Assembly: GCA_964057225.1 (NCBI GenBank)
Contig: OZ059896.1
Location: forward strand, 20,150,001 to 20,214,000
Origin: Auanema rhodensis
Taxonomy: Eukaryota; Animalia; Nematoda
Direction of reading: 5' to 3'
DNA: 64,000 nucleotides
Part shown: positions 24,206 through 39,298 of the stretch, piece by piece
How positions within the stretch are numbered: position 1 is the stretch's first letter
Layout: every line of letters starts with the position of its first letter
Translations under genes and position numbers: made by a program
Notes under the pieces: model-generated
Told to the model about the DNA's origin: nothing
The model's database searches: none
What the model saw: the letters and a program-made list of their open reading frames with translations, nothing else

Positions 24206-27200
24206 ATTTTTTCAAGGCAAAGACGATGGACAATGTTATTCAACGAAAAAATTATTCCTTCAGGGTGAAAATCGAGGATATAAGTGTGAACTTATATCAG
24301 TTGATATCTCGGTGCATTTTTAAGCTAGCCCAAATCTGATAACAGAGATCGACGCAGCTTAAAAATCCGCATCGAATGCACTATACTACATTGAGAAACG
24401 CTTAATACAAGAATTAGTTATGATCGTTTGAAAAATGATGCATTAGTGTATGTTGAGTTTCCATGTACACTCAACATTGCTTCCAAAAACATTTTGACAA
24501 AAATTTTTTCGAAAAATTTCAAAATAATTTAGCAAAAAGTAGATGTTTTTAGATTCCTTTATTCAAGGCAAAGACGATGGACAATGTTATTCAACGAAAA
24601 AATTAATTCTTCAGGGTGAAAATCGAGGATATAAGTGTGAACTTATATCAGTTGATATCTCGGTGCATTTTTAAGCTAGCGCAAATCTGATAACACAGAT
24701 CGACGCAGCTTAAAAATCCGCATCGAATGCACTATACTACATTGAGAAACGCTTAATACAAAAATTAGTTATGATCGTTTGAAAAATGATGCATTAGTGT
24801 ATGTTGAGTTTCCATGTACACTCAACATTGCTTCCAAAAACATTTTGACAAAAATTTTTTCGAAAAATTTCAAAATAATTTAGCAAAAAGTAGATGTTTT
24901 TAGATTCCATTTTTCAAGGCAAAGACGATGGACAGTGTTATTCAACGAAAAAATTAATTCTTCAGGGTGAAAATCGAGGATATAAGTGTGAACTTATATC
25001 AGTTGATATCTCGGTGCATTTTTAAGCTAGCGCAAATCTGATAACACAGATCGACGCAGCTTAAAAATCCGCATCGAATGCACTATACTACATTGAGAAA
25101 CGCTTAATACAAAAATTAGTTATGATCGTTTGAAAAATGATGCATTAGTGTATGTTGAGTTTCCATGTACACTCAACATTGCTTCCAAAAACATTTTGAC
25201 AAAAATTTTTTCGAAAAATTTCGAAATAATTTAGCAAAAAGTAGATGTTTTTAGATTCCTTTATTCAAGGCAAAGACGATGGACAATGTTATTCAACGAA
25301 AAAATTAATTCTTTAGGGTGAAAATCGAGGATATAAGTGTGAACTTATATCAGTTGATATCTTGGTGCATTTTTAAGCTAGCGCAAATCTGATAACACAG
25401 ATCGACGCAGCTTAAAAATCCGCATCGAATGCACTATACTACATTGAGAAACGCTTAATACAAAAATTAGTTATGATCGTTTGAAAAATGATGCATTAGT
25501 GTATGTTGAGTTTCCATGTACACTCAACATTGCTTCCAAAAACATTTTGACAAAAATTTTTTCGAAAAATTTCAAAATAATTTAGCAAAAAGTAGATGTT
25601 TTTAGATTCCTTTTTTCAAGGCAAAGACGATGGACAATGTTATTCAACGAAAAAATTATTCCTTCAGGGTGAAAATCGAGGATATAAGTGTGAACTTATA
25701 TCAGTTGATATCTCGGTGCATTTTTAAGCTAGCGCAAATCTGATAACAGAGATCGACGCAGCTTAAAAATCCGCATCGAATGCACTATACTACATTAAGA
25801 AACGCTTAATACAAAAATTAGTTATGATCGTTTGAAAAATGATGCATTAGTGTATGTTGAGTTTCCATGTACACTCAACATTGCTTCCAAAAACATTTTG
25901 ACAAAAATTTTTTCGAAAAATTTCAAAATAATTTAGCAAAAAGTAGATGTTTTTAGATTCCATTTTTCAAGGCAACGACGATGGACAGTGTTATTCAACG
26001 AAAAAATTAATTCTTCAGGGTGAAAATCGAGGATATAAGTGTGAACTTATATCAGTTGATATCTCGGTGCATTTTTAAGCTAGCGCAAATCTGATAACAC
26101 AGATCGACGCAGCTTAAAAATGCGCATCGAATGCACTATACTACATTGAGAAACCCTTGATACAAAAATTAGTTATGATCGTTTGAAAAATGATGCATTA
26201 GTGTATGTTGAGTTTCCATGTACACTCAACATTGCTTCCAAAAACATTTTGACAAAAATTTTTTCGAAAAATTTCAAAATAATTTAGCAAAAAGTAGATG
26301 TTTTTAGATTCCTTTTTTCAAGGCAAAGACGATGGACAATGTTATTCAACGAAAAAATTATTCCTTCAGGGTGAAAATCGAGGATATAAGTGTGAACTTA
26401 TATCAGTTGATATCTCGGTGCATTTTCAAGCTAGCGCAAATCTGATAACAGAGATCGACGCAGCTTAAAAATCCGCATCGAATGCACTATACTACATTAA
26501 GAAACGCTTAATACAAAAATTAGTTATGATCGTTTGAAAAATGATGCATTAGTGTATGTTGAGTTTCCATGTACACTCAACATTGCTTCCAAAAACATTT
26601 TGACAAAAATTTTTTCGAAAAATTTCAAAATAATTTAGCAAAAAGTAGATGTTTTTAGATTCCATTTTTCAAGGCAACGACGATGGACAGTGTTATTCAA
26701 CGAAAAAATTAATTCTTCAGGGTGAAAATCGAGGATATAAGTGTGAACTTATATCAGTTGATATCTCGGTGCATTTTTAAGCTAGCGCAAATCTGATAAC
26801 ACAGATCGACGCAGCTTAAAAATGCGCATCGAATGCACTATACTACATTGAGAAACCCTTGATACAAAAATTAGTTATGATCGTTTGAAAAATGATGCAT
26901 TAGTGTATGTTGAGTTTCCATGTACACTCAACATTGCTTCCAAAAACATTTTGACAAAAATTTTTTCGAAAAATTTCAAAATAATTTAGCAAAAAGTAGA
27001 TGTTTTTAGATTCCATTTTTCAAGGCAAAGACGATGGACAATGTTATTCAACGAAAAAATTAATTCTTCAGGGTGAAAATCGAGGATATAAGTGTGAACT
27101 TATATCAGTTGATATCTCGGTGCATTTTTAAGCTAGCGCAAATCTGATAACACAGATCGACGCAGCTTAAAAATCCGCATCGAATGCACTATACTACATT

Positions 27201-30200
27201 GAGAAACGCTTAATACAAAAATTAGTTATGATCGTTTGAAAAATGATGCATTAGTGTATGTTGAGTTTCCATGTACACTCAACATTGCTTCCAAAAACAT
27301 TTTGACAAAAATTTTTTCGAAAAATTTCAAAATAATTTAGCAAAAAGTAGATGTTTTTAGATTCCTTTTTTCAAGGCAAAGACGATGGACAATGTTATTC
27401 AACGAAAAAATTATTCCTTCAGGGTGAAAATCGAGGATATAAGTGTGAACTTATATCAGTTGATATCTCGGTGCATTTTTAAGCTAGCGCAAATCTGATA
27501 ACAGAGATCGACGCAGCTTAAAAATCCGCATCGAATGCACTATACTACATTGAGAAACGCTTAATACAAAAATTAGTTATGATCGTTTGAAAAATGATGC
27601 ATTAGTGTATGTTGAGTTTCCATGTACACTCAACATTGCTTCCAAAAACATTTTGACAAAAATTTTTTCGAAAAATTTCAAATAAATTTAGCAAAATGTA
27701 GATGTTTTTAGATTCCTTTATTCAAGGCAAAGACGATGGACAATGTTATTCAACGAAAAAATTAATTCTTCAGGGTGAAAATCGAGGATATAAGTGTAAA
27801 CTTATATCAGTTGATATCTCGGTGCATTTTTAAGCTAGCGCAAATCTGATAACACAGATCGACGCAGCTTAAAAATCCGCATCGAATGCACTATACTACA
27901 TTGAAAAACGCTTAATACAAAAATTAGTTATGATCGTTTGAAAAATGATGCATTAGTGTATGTTGAGTTTCCATGTACACTCAACATTGCTTCCAAAAAC
28001 ATTTTGACAAAAATTTTTTCGAAAAATTTCAAAATAATTTAGCAAAAAGTAGATGTTTTTAGATTCCTTTATTCAAGGCAAAGACGATGGACAATGTTAT
28101 TCAACGAAAAAATTAATTCTTTAGGGTGAAAATCGAGGATATAAGTGTGAACTTATATCAGTTGATATCTTGGTGCATTTTTAAGCTAGCGCAAATCTGA
28201 TAACACAGATCGACGCAGCTTGAAAATCCGCATCGAATGCACTATACTACATTGAAAAACGCTTAATACAAAAATTAGTTATGATCGTTTGAAAAATGAT
28301 GCATTAGTGTATGTTGAGTTTCCATGTACACTCAACATTGCTTCCAAAAACATTTTGACAAAAATTTTTTCGAAAAATTTCGAAATAATTTAGCAAAAAG
28401 TAGATGTTTTTAGATTCCTTTATTCAAGGCAAAGACGATGGACAATGTTATTCAACGAAAAAATTAATTCTTTAGGGTGAAAATCGAGGATATAAGTGTG
28501 AACTTATATCAGTTGATATCTTGGTGCATTTTTAAGCTAGCGCAAATCTGATAACACAGATCGACGCAGCTTAAAAATCCGCATCGAATGCACTATACTA
28601 CATTGAAAAACGCTTAATACAAAAATTAGTTATGATCGTTTGAAAAATGATGCATTAGTGTATGTTGAGTTTCCATGTACACTCAACATTGCTTCCAAAA
28701 ACATTTTGACAAAAATTTTTTCGAAAAATTTCAAAATAATTTAGCAAAAAGTAGATGTTTTTAGATTCCATTTTTCAAGGCAAAGACGATGGACAATGTT
28801 ATTCAACGGAAGAATTATTTCTTCAGGGTGAAAATCGAGGATATAAGTGTGAACTTATATCAGTTGATATCTCGGTGCATTTTTAAGCTAGCGCAAATCT
28901 GATAACACAGATCGACGCAGCTTAAAAATCCGCATCGAATGCACTATACTACATTGAAAAACGCTTAATACAAAAATTAGTTATGATCGTTTGAAAAATG
29001 ATGCATTAGTGTATGTTGAGTTTCCATGTACACTCAACATTGCTTCCAAAAACATTTTGACAAAAATTTTTTCGAAAAATTTCAGAATAATTTAGCAAAA
29101 AGTAGATGTTTTTAGATTCCATTTTTCAAGGCAAAGACGATGGACAATGTTATTCAACGGAAGAATTATTTCTTCAGGGTGAAAATCGAGGATATAAGTG
29201 TGAACTTATATCAGTTGATATCTCGGTGCATTTTTAAGCTAGCGCAAATCTGATAACAGAGATCGACGCAGCTTAAAAATCCGCATCGAATGCACTATAC
29301 TACATTGAGAAACGCTTAATACAAAAATTAGTTATGATCGTTTGAAAAATGATGCATTAGTGTATGTTGAGTTTCCATGTACACTCAACATTGCTTCCAA
29401 AAACATTTTGACAAAAATTTTTTCGAAAAATTTCAAAATAATTTAGCAAAAAGTAGATGTTTTTAGATTCTATTTTTCAAGGCAAAGACGATGGACAATG
29501 TTATTCAACGAAAAAATTAATTCTTCAGGGTGAAAATCGAGGATATAAGTGTGAACTTATATCAGTTGATATCTCGGTGCATTTTTAAGCTAGCGCAAAT
29601 CTGATAACACAGATCGACGCAGCTTAAAAATCCGCATCGAATGCACTATGCTACATTGAAAAACGCTTAATACAAAAATTAGTTATGATCGTTTGAAAAA
29701 TGATGCATTAGTGTATGTTGAGTTTCCATGTACACTCAACATTGCTTCCAAAAACATTTTGACAAAAATTTTTTCGAAAAATTTCAAAATAATTTAGCAA
29801 AAAGTAGATGTTTTTAGATTCCTTTATTCAAGGCAAAGACGATGGACAATGTTATTCAACGAAAAAATTATTTCTTTAGGGTGAAAATCGAGGATATAAG
29901 TGTGAACTTATATCAGTTGATATCTTGGTGCATTTTTAAGCTAGCGCAAATCTGATAACACAGATCGACGCAGCTTAAAAATCCGCATCGAATGCACTAT
30001 ACTACATTGAAAAACGCTTAATACAAAAATTAGTTATGATCGTTTGAAAAATGATGCATTAGTGTATGTTGAGTTTCCATGTACACTCAACATTGCTTCC
30101 AAAAACATTTTGACAAAAATTTTTTCGAAAAATTTCGAAATAATTTAGCAAAAAGTAGATGTTTTTAGATTCCTTTATTCAAGGCAAAGACGATGGACAA

Positions 30201-33200
30201 TGTTATTCAACGAAAAAATTAATTCTTTAGGGTGAAAATCGAGGATATAAGTGTGAACTTATATCAGTTGATATCTTGGTGCATTTTTAAGCTAGCGCAA
30301 ATCTGATAACACAGATCGACGCAGCTTAAAAATCCGCATCGAATGCACTATACTACATTGAAAAACGCTTAATACAAAAATTAGTTATGATCGTTTGAAA
30401 AATGATGCATTAGTGTATGTTGAGTTTCCATGTACACTCAACATTGCTTCCAAAAACATTTTGACAAAAATTTTTTCGAAAACTTTCAAAATAATTTAGC
30501 AAAAAGTAGATGTTTTTAGATTCCATTTTTCAAGGCAAAGACGATGGACAATGTTATTCAACGGAAGAATTATTTCTTCAGGGTGAAAATCGAGGATATA
30601 AGTGTGAACTTATATCAGTTGATATCTCGGTGCATTTTTAAGCTAGCGCAAATCTGATAACACAGATCGACGCAGCTTAAAAATGCGCATCGAATGCACT
30701 ATACTACATTGAGAAACGCTTGATACAAAAATTAGTTATGATCGTTTGAAAAATGATGCATTAGTGTATGTTGAGTTTCCATGTACACTCAACATTGCTT
30801 CCAAAAACATTTTGACAAAAATTTTTTCGAAAAATTTCAAAATAATTTAGCAAAAAGTAGATGTTTTTAGATTCCATTTTTCAAGGCAAAGACGATGGAC
30901 AATGTTATTCAACGAAAAAATTAATTCTTCAGGGTGAAAATCGAGGATATAAGTGTGAACTTATATCAGTTGATATCTCGGTGCATTTTTAAGCTAGCGC
31001 AAATCTGATAACACAGATCGACGCAGCTTAAAAATCCGCATCGAATGCACTATACTACATTGAGAAACGCTTAATACAAAAATTAGTTATGATCGTTTGA
31101 AAAATGATGCATTAGTGTATGTTGAGTTTCCATGTACACTCAACATTGCTTCCAAAAACATTTTGACAAAAATTTTTTCGAAAAATTTCAAAATAATTTA
31201 GCAAAAAGTAGATGTTTTTAGATTCCTTTTTTCAAGGCAAAGACGATGGACAATGTTATTCAACGAAAAAATTATTCCTTCAGGGTGAAAATCGAGGATA
31301 TAAGTGTGAACTTATATCAGTTGATATCTCGGTGCATTTTTAAGCTAGCGCAAATCTGATAACAGAGATCGACGCAGCTTAAAAATCCGCATCGAATGCA
31401 CTATACTACATTGAGAAACGCTTAATACAAAAATTAGTTATGATCGTTTGAAAAATGATGCATTAGTGTATGTTGAGTTTCCATGTACACTCAACATTGC
31501 TTCCAAAAACATTTTGACAAAAATTTTTTCGAAAAATTTCAAAATAATTTAGCAAAAAGTAGATGTTTTTAGATTCCATTTTTCAAGGCAAAGACGATGG
31601 ACAATGTTATTCAACGAAAAAATTAATTCTTCAGGGTGAAAATCGAAGATATAAGTGTGAACTTATATCAGTTGATATCTCGGTGCATTTTTAAGCTAGC
31701 GCAAATCTGATAACACAGATCGACGCAGCTTAAAAATCCGCATCGAATGCACTATACTACATTGAGAAACGCGTAATACAAAAATTAGTTATGATCGTTT
31801 GAAAAATGATGCATTAGTGTATGTTGAGTTTCCATGTACACTCAACATTGCTTCCAAAAACATTTTGACAAAAATTTTTTCGAAAAATTTCAAAATAATT
31901 TAGCAAAAAGTAGATGTTTTTAGATTCCTTTTTTCAAGGCAAAGACGATGGACAATGTTATTCAACGAAAAAATTATTCCTTCAGGGTGAAAATCGAGGA
32001 TATAAGTGTGAACTTATATCAGTTGATATCTCGGTGCATTTTTAAGCTAGCGCAAATCTGATAACAGAGATCGACGCAGCTTAAAAATCCGCATCGAATG
32101 CACTATACTACATTGAGAAACGCTTAATACAAAAATTAGTTATGATCGTTTGAAAAATGATGCATTAGTGTATGTTGAGTTTCCATGTACACTCAACATT
32201 GCTTCCAAAAACATTTTGACAAAAATTTTTTCGAAAAATTTCAAATAAATTTAGCAAAAAGTAGATGTTTTTAGATTCCTTTATTCAAGGCAAAGACGAT
32301 GGACAATGTTATTCAACGAAAAAATTAATTCTTCAGGGTGAAAATCGAGGATATAAGTGTAAACTTATATCAGTTGATATCTCGGTGCATTTTTAAGCTA
32401 GCGCAAATCTGATAACACAGATCGACGCAGCTTAAAAATCCGCATCGAATGCACTATACTACATTGAAAAACGCTTAATACAAAAATTAGTTATGATCGT
32501 TTGAAAAATGATGCATTAGTGTATGTTGAGTTTCCATGTACACTCAACATTGCTTCCAAAAACATTTTGACAAAAATTTTTTCGAAAAATTTCAAAATAA
32601 TTTAGCAAAAAGTAGATGTTTTTAGATTCCTTTATTCAAGGCAAAGACGATGGACAATGTTATTCAACGAAAAAATTAATTCTTTAGGGTGAAAATCGAG
32701 GATATAAGTGTGAACTTATATCAGTTGATATCTTGGTGCATTTTTAAGCTAGCGCAAATCTGATAACACAGATCGACGCAGCTTAAAAATCCGCATCGAA
32801 TGCACTATACTACATTGAAAAACGCTTAATACAAAAATTAGTTATGATCGTTTGAAAAATGATGCATTAGTGTATGTTGAGTTTCCATGTACACTCAACA
32901 TTGCTTCCAAAAACATTTTGACAAAAATTTTTTCGAAAAATTTCGAAATAATTTAGCAAAAAGTAGATGTTTTTAGATTCCTTTATTCAAGGCAAAGACG
33001 ATGGACAATGTTATTCAACGAAAAAATTAATTCTTTAGGGTGAAAATCGAGGATATAAGTGTGAACTTATATCAGTTGATATCTTGGTGCATTTTTAAGC
33101 TAGCGCAAATCTGATAACACAGATCGACGCAGCTTAAAAATCCGCATCGAATGCACTATACTACATTGAAAAACGCTTAATACAAAAATTAGTTATGATC

Positions 33201-33332
33201 GTTTGAAAAATGATGCATTAGTGTATGTTGAGTTTCCATGTACACTCAACATTGCTTCCAAAAACATTTTGACAAAAATTTTTTCGAAAAATTTCAAAAT
33301 AATTTAGCAAAAAGTAGATGTTTTTAGATTCC
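23702..33332. repeat. Copy 2 of ~9.6-kb segmental duplication
   Basis: Matching SNVs at 23840, 25797, 27697, 29085, 29471, 29650, 30483 and 31647. Confidence 0.9.
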
Positions 33333-33879
33333 ATTTTTCAAGGCAAAGACGATGGACAATGTTATTCAACGGAAAAATTATTTCTTCAGGGTGAAAATCG
33401 AGGATATAAGTGTGAACTTATATCAGTTGATTTCTCGGTGCATTTTTAAGCTAGCGCAAATCTGATAACACAGATCGACGCAGCTTAAAAATGCGCATCG
33501 AATGCACTATACTACATTGAGAAACGCTTGATACAAAAATTAGTTATGATCGTTTGAAAAATGATGCATTAGTGTATGTTGAGTTTCCATGTACACTCAA
33601 CATTGCTTCCAAAAACATTTTGACAAAAATTTTTTCGAAAAATTTCGAAATAATTTAGCAAAAAGTAGATGTTTTTAGATTCCTTTATTCAAGGCAAAGA
33701 CGATGGACAATGTTATTCAACGAAAAAATTAATTCTTTAGGGTGAAAATCGAGGATATAAGTGTGAACTTATATCAGTTGATATCTTGGTGCATTTTTAA
33801 GCTAGCGCAAATCTGATAACACAGATCGACGCAGCTTAAAAATCCGCATCGAATGCACTATACTACATTGAGAAACGCT

Positions 33880-36800
33880 TAATACAAAAATTAGTTATGA
33901 TCGTTTGAAAAATGATGCATTAGTGTATGTTGAGTTTCCATGTACACTCAACATTGCTTCCAAAAACATTTTGACAAAAATTTTTTCGAAAAATTTCAAA
34001 TAAATTTAGCAAAAAGTAGATGTTTTTAGATTCCTTTATTCAAGGCAAAGACGATGGACAATGTTATTCAACGAAAAAATTAATTCTTCAGGGTGAAAAT
34101 CGAGGATATAAGTGTAAACTTATATCAGTTGATATCTCGGTGCATTTTTAAGCTAGCGCAAATCTGATAACACAGATCGACGCAGCTTAAAAATCCGCAT
34201 CGAATGCACTATACTACATTGAAAAACGCTTAATACAAAAATTAGTTATGATCGTTTGAAAAATGATGCATTAGTGTATGTTGAGTTTCCATGTACACTC
34301 AACATTGCTTCCAAAAACATTTTGACAAAAATTTTTTCGAAAAATTTCAAAATAATTTAGCAAAAAGTAGATGTTTTTAGATTCCTTTATTCAAGGCAAA
34401 GACGATGGACAATGTTATTCAACGAAAAAATTAATTCTTTAGGGTGAAAATCGAGGATATAAGTGAGAACTTATATCAGTTGATATCTTGGTGCATTTTT
34501 AAGCTAGCGCAAATCTGATAACACAGATCGACGCAGCTTAAAAATCCGCATCGAATGCACTATACTACATTGAAAAACGCTTAATACAAAAATTAGTTAT
34601 GATCGTTTGAAAAATGATGCATTAGTGTATGTTGAGTTTCCATGTACACTCAACATTGCTTCCAAAAACATTTTGACAAAAATTTTTTCGAAAAATTTCG
34701 AAATAATTTAGCAAAAAGTAGATGTTTTTAGATTCCTTTATTCAAGGCAAAGACGATGGACAATGTTATTCAACGAAAAAATTAATTCTTTAGGGTGAAA
34801 ATCGAGGATATAAGTGTGAACTTATATCAGTTGATATCTTGGTGCATTTTTAAGCTAGCGCAAATCTGATAACACAGATCGACGCAGCTTAAAAATCCGC
34901 ATCGAATGCACTATACTACATTGAAAAACGCTTAATACAAAAATTAGTTATGATCGTTTGAAAAATGATGCATTAGTGTATGTTGAGTTTCCATGTACAC
35001 TCAACATTGCTTCCAAAAACATTTTGACAAAAATTTTTTCGAAAAATTTCAAAATAATTTAGCAAAAAGTAGATGTTTTTAGATTCCATTTTTCAAGGCA
35101 AAGACGATGGACAATGTTATTCAACGGAAAAATTATTTCTTCAGGGTGAAAATCGAGGATATAAGTGTGAACTTATATCAGTTGATATCTCGGTGCATTT
35201 TTAAGCTAGCGCAAATCTGATAACACAGATCGACGCAGCTTAAAAATGCGCATCGAATGCACTATACTACATTGAGAAACGCTTGATACAAAAATTAGTT
35301 ATGATCGTTTGAAAAATGATGCATTAGTGTATGTTGAGTTTCCATGTACACTCAACATTGCTTCCAAAAACATTTTGACAAAAATTTTTTCGAAAAATTT
35401 CGAAATAATTTAGCAAAAAGTAGATGTTTTTAGATTCCTTTATTCAAGGCAAAGACGATGGACAATGTTATTCAACGAAAAAATTAATTCTTTAGGGTGA
35501 AAATCGAGGATATAAGTGTGAACTTATATCAGTTGATATCTTGGTGCATTTTTAAGCTAGCGCAAATCTGATAACACAGATCGACGCAGCTTAAAAATCC
35601 GCATCGAATGCACTATACTACATTGAAAAACGCTTAATACAAAAATTAGTTATGATCGTTTGAAAAATGATGCATTAGTGTATGTTGAGTTTCCATGTAC
35701 ACTCAACATTGCTTCCAAAAACATTTTGACAAAAATTTTTTCGAAAAATTTCAAAATAATTTAGCAAAAAGTAGATGTTTTTAGATTCCATTTTTCAAGG
35801 CAAAGACGATGGACAATGTTATTCAACGAAAAAATTAATTCTTCAGGGTGAAAATCGAGGATATAAGTGTGAACTTATATCAGTTGATATCTCGGTGCAT
35901 TTTTAAGCTAGCGCAAATCTGATAACACAGATCGACGCAGCTTAAAAATCCGCATCGAATGCACTATACTACATTGAGAAACGCTTAATACAAAAATTAG
36001 TTATGATCGTTTGAAAAATGATGCATTAGTGTATGTTGAGTTTCCATGTACACTCAACATTGCTTCCAAAAACATTTTGACAAAAATTTTTTCGAAAAAT
36101 TTCAAAATAATTTAGCAAAAAGTAGATGTTTTTAGATTCCTTTTTTCAAGGCAAAGACGATGGACAATGTTATTCAACGAAAAAATTATTCCTTCAGGGT
36201 GAAAATCGAGGATATAAGTGTGAACTTATATCAGTTGATATCTCGGTGCATTTTTAAGCTAGCGCAAATCTGATAACAGAGATCGACGCAGCTTAAAAAT
36301 CCGCATCGAATGCACTATACTACATTGAGAAACGCTTAATACAAAAATTAGTTATGATCGTTTGAAAAATGATGCATTAGTGTATGTTGAGTTTCCATGT
36401 ACACTCAACATTGCTTCCAAAAACATTTTGACAAAAATTTTTTCGAAAAATTTCAAAATAATTTAGCAAAAAGTAGATGTTTTTAGATTCCATTTTTCAA
36501 GGCAAAGACGATGGACAATGTTATTCAACGGAAAAATTATTTCTTCAGGGTGAAAATCGAGGATATAAGTGTGAACTTATATCAGTTGATATCTCGGTGC
36601 ATTTTTAAGCTAGCGCAAATCTGATAACACAGATCGACGCAGCTTAAAAATGCGCATCGAATGCACTATACTACATTGAGAAACGCTTAATACAAAAATT
36701 AGTTATGATCGTTTGAAAAATGATGCATTAGTGTATGTTGAGTTTCCATGTACACTCAACATTGCTTCCAAAAACATTTTGACAAAAATTTTTTCGAAAA

Positions 36801-39298
36801 ATTTCAAATAAATTTAGCAAAAAGTAGATGTTTTTAGATTCCTTTATTCAAGGCAAAGACGATGGACAATGTTATTCAACGAAAAAATTAATTCTTCAGG
36901 GTGAAAATCGAGGATATAAGTGTAAACTTATATCAGTTGATATCTCGGTGCATTTTTAAGCTAGCGCAAATCTGATAACACAGATCGACGCAGCTTAAAA
37001 ATCCGCATCGAATGCACTATACTACATTGAAAAACGCTTAATACAAAAATTAGTTATGATCGTTTGAAAAATGATGCATTAGTGTATGTTGAGTTTCCAT
37101 GTACACTCAACATTGCTTCCAAAAACATTTTGACAAAAATTTTTTCGAAAAATTTCAAAATAATTTAGCAAAAAGTAGATGTTTTTAGATTCCTTTATTC
37201 AAGGCAAAGACGATGGACAATGTTATTCAACGAAAAAATTAATTCTTTAGGGTGAAAATCGAGGATATAAGTGAGAACTTATATCAGTTGATATCTTGGT
37301 GCATTTTTAAGCTAGCGCAAATCTGATAACACAGATCGACGCAGCTTAAAAATCCGCATCGAATGCACTATACTACATTGAAAAACGCTTAATACAAAAA
37401 TTAGTTATGATCGTTTGAAAAATGATGCATTAGTGTATGTTGAGTTTCCATGTACACTCAACATTGCTTCCAAAAACATTTTGACAAAAATTTTTTCGAA
37501 AAATTTCGAAATAATTTAGCAAAAAGTAGATGTTTTTAGATTCCTTTATTCAAGGCAAAGACGATGGACAATGTTATTCAACGAAAAAATTAATTCTTTA
37601 GGGTGAAAATCGAGGATATAAGTGTGAACTTATATCAGTTGATATCTTGGTGCATTTTTAAGCTAGCGCAAATCTGATAACACAGATCGACGCAGCTTAA
37701 AAATCCGCATCGAATGCACTATACTACATTGAAAAACGCTTAATACAAAAATTAGTTATGATCGTTTGAAAAATGATGCATTAGTGTATGTTGAGTTTCC
37801 ATGTACACTCAACATTGCTTCCAAAAACATTTTGACAAAAATTTTTTCGAAAAATTTCAAAATAATTTAGCAAAAAGTAGATGTTTTTAGATTCCATTTT
37901 TCAAGGCAAAGACGATGGACAATGTTATTCAACGGAAAAATTATTTCTTCAGGGTGAAAATCGAGGATATAAGTGTGAACTTATATCAGTTGATATCTCG
38001 GTGCATTTTTAAGCTAGCGCAAATCTGATAACACAGATCGACGCAGCTTAAAAATGCGCATCGAATGCACTATACTACATTGAGAAACGCTTGATACAAA
38101 AATTAGTTATGATCGTTTGAAAAATGATGCATTAGTGTATGTTGAGTTTCCATGTACACTCAACATTGCTTCCAAAAACATTTTGACAAAAATTTTTTCG
38201 AAAAATTTCGAAATAATTTAGCAAAAAGTAGATGTTTTTAGATTCCTTTATTCAAGGCAAAGACGATGGACAATGTTATTCAACGAAAAAATTAATTCTT
38301 TAGGGTGAAAATCGAGGATATAAGTGTGAACTTATATCAGTTGATATCTTGGTGCATTTTTAAGCTAGCGCAAATCTGATAACACAGATCGACGCAGCTT
38401 AAAAATCCGCATCGAATGCACTATACTACATTGAAAAACGCTTAATACAAAAATTAGTTATGATCGTTTGAAAAATGATGCATTAGTGTATGTTGAGTTT
38501 CCATGTACACTCAACATTGCTTCCAAAAACATTTTGACAAAAATTTTTTCGAAAAATTTCAAAATAATTTAGCAAAAAGTAGATGTTTTTAGATTCCATT
38601 TTTCAAGGCAAAGACGATGGACAATGTTATTCAACGAAAAAATTAATTCTTCAGGGTGAAAATCGAGGATATAAGTGTGAACTTATATCAGTTGATATCT
38701 CGGTGCATTTTTAAGCTAGCGCAAATCTGATAACACAGATCGACGCAGCTTAAAAATCCGCATCGAATGCACTATACTACATTGAGAAACGCTTAATACA
38801 AAAATTAGTTATGATCGTTTGAAAAATGATGCATTAGTGTATGTTGAGTTTCCATGTACACTCAACATTGCTTCCAAAAACATTTTGACAAAAATTTTTT
38901 CGAAAAATTTCAAAATAATTTAGCAAAAAGTAGATGTTTTTAGATTCCTTTTTTCAAGGCAAAGACGATGGACAATGTTATTCAACGAAAAAATTATTCC
39001 TTCAGGGTGAAAATCGAGGATATAAGTGTGAACTTATATCAGTTGATATCTCGGTGCATTTTTAAGCTAGCGCAAATCTGATAACAGAGATCGACGCAGC
39101 TTAAAAATCCGCATCGAATGCACTATACTACATTGAGAAACGCTTAATACAAAAATTAGTTATGATCGTTTGAAAAATGATGCATTAGTGTATGTTGAGT
39201 TTCCATGTACACTCAACATTGCTTCCAAAAACATTTTGACAAAAATTTTTTCGAAAAATTTCAAAATAATTTAGCAAAAAGTAGATGTTTTTAGATTC
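33880..39298. repeat. Tandem duplication of an 8-monomer (2808-bp) block
   Basis: GAGA loop variant 34466/37274; GTAA loop variant 34116/36924; the order of monomer types following them also matches. Boundaries are approximate. Confidence 0.8.
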
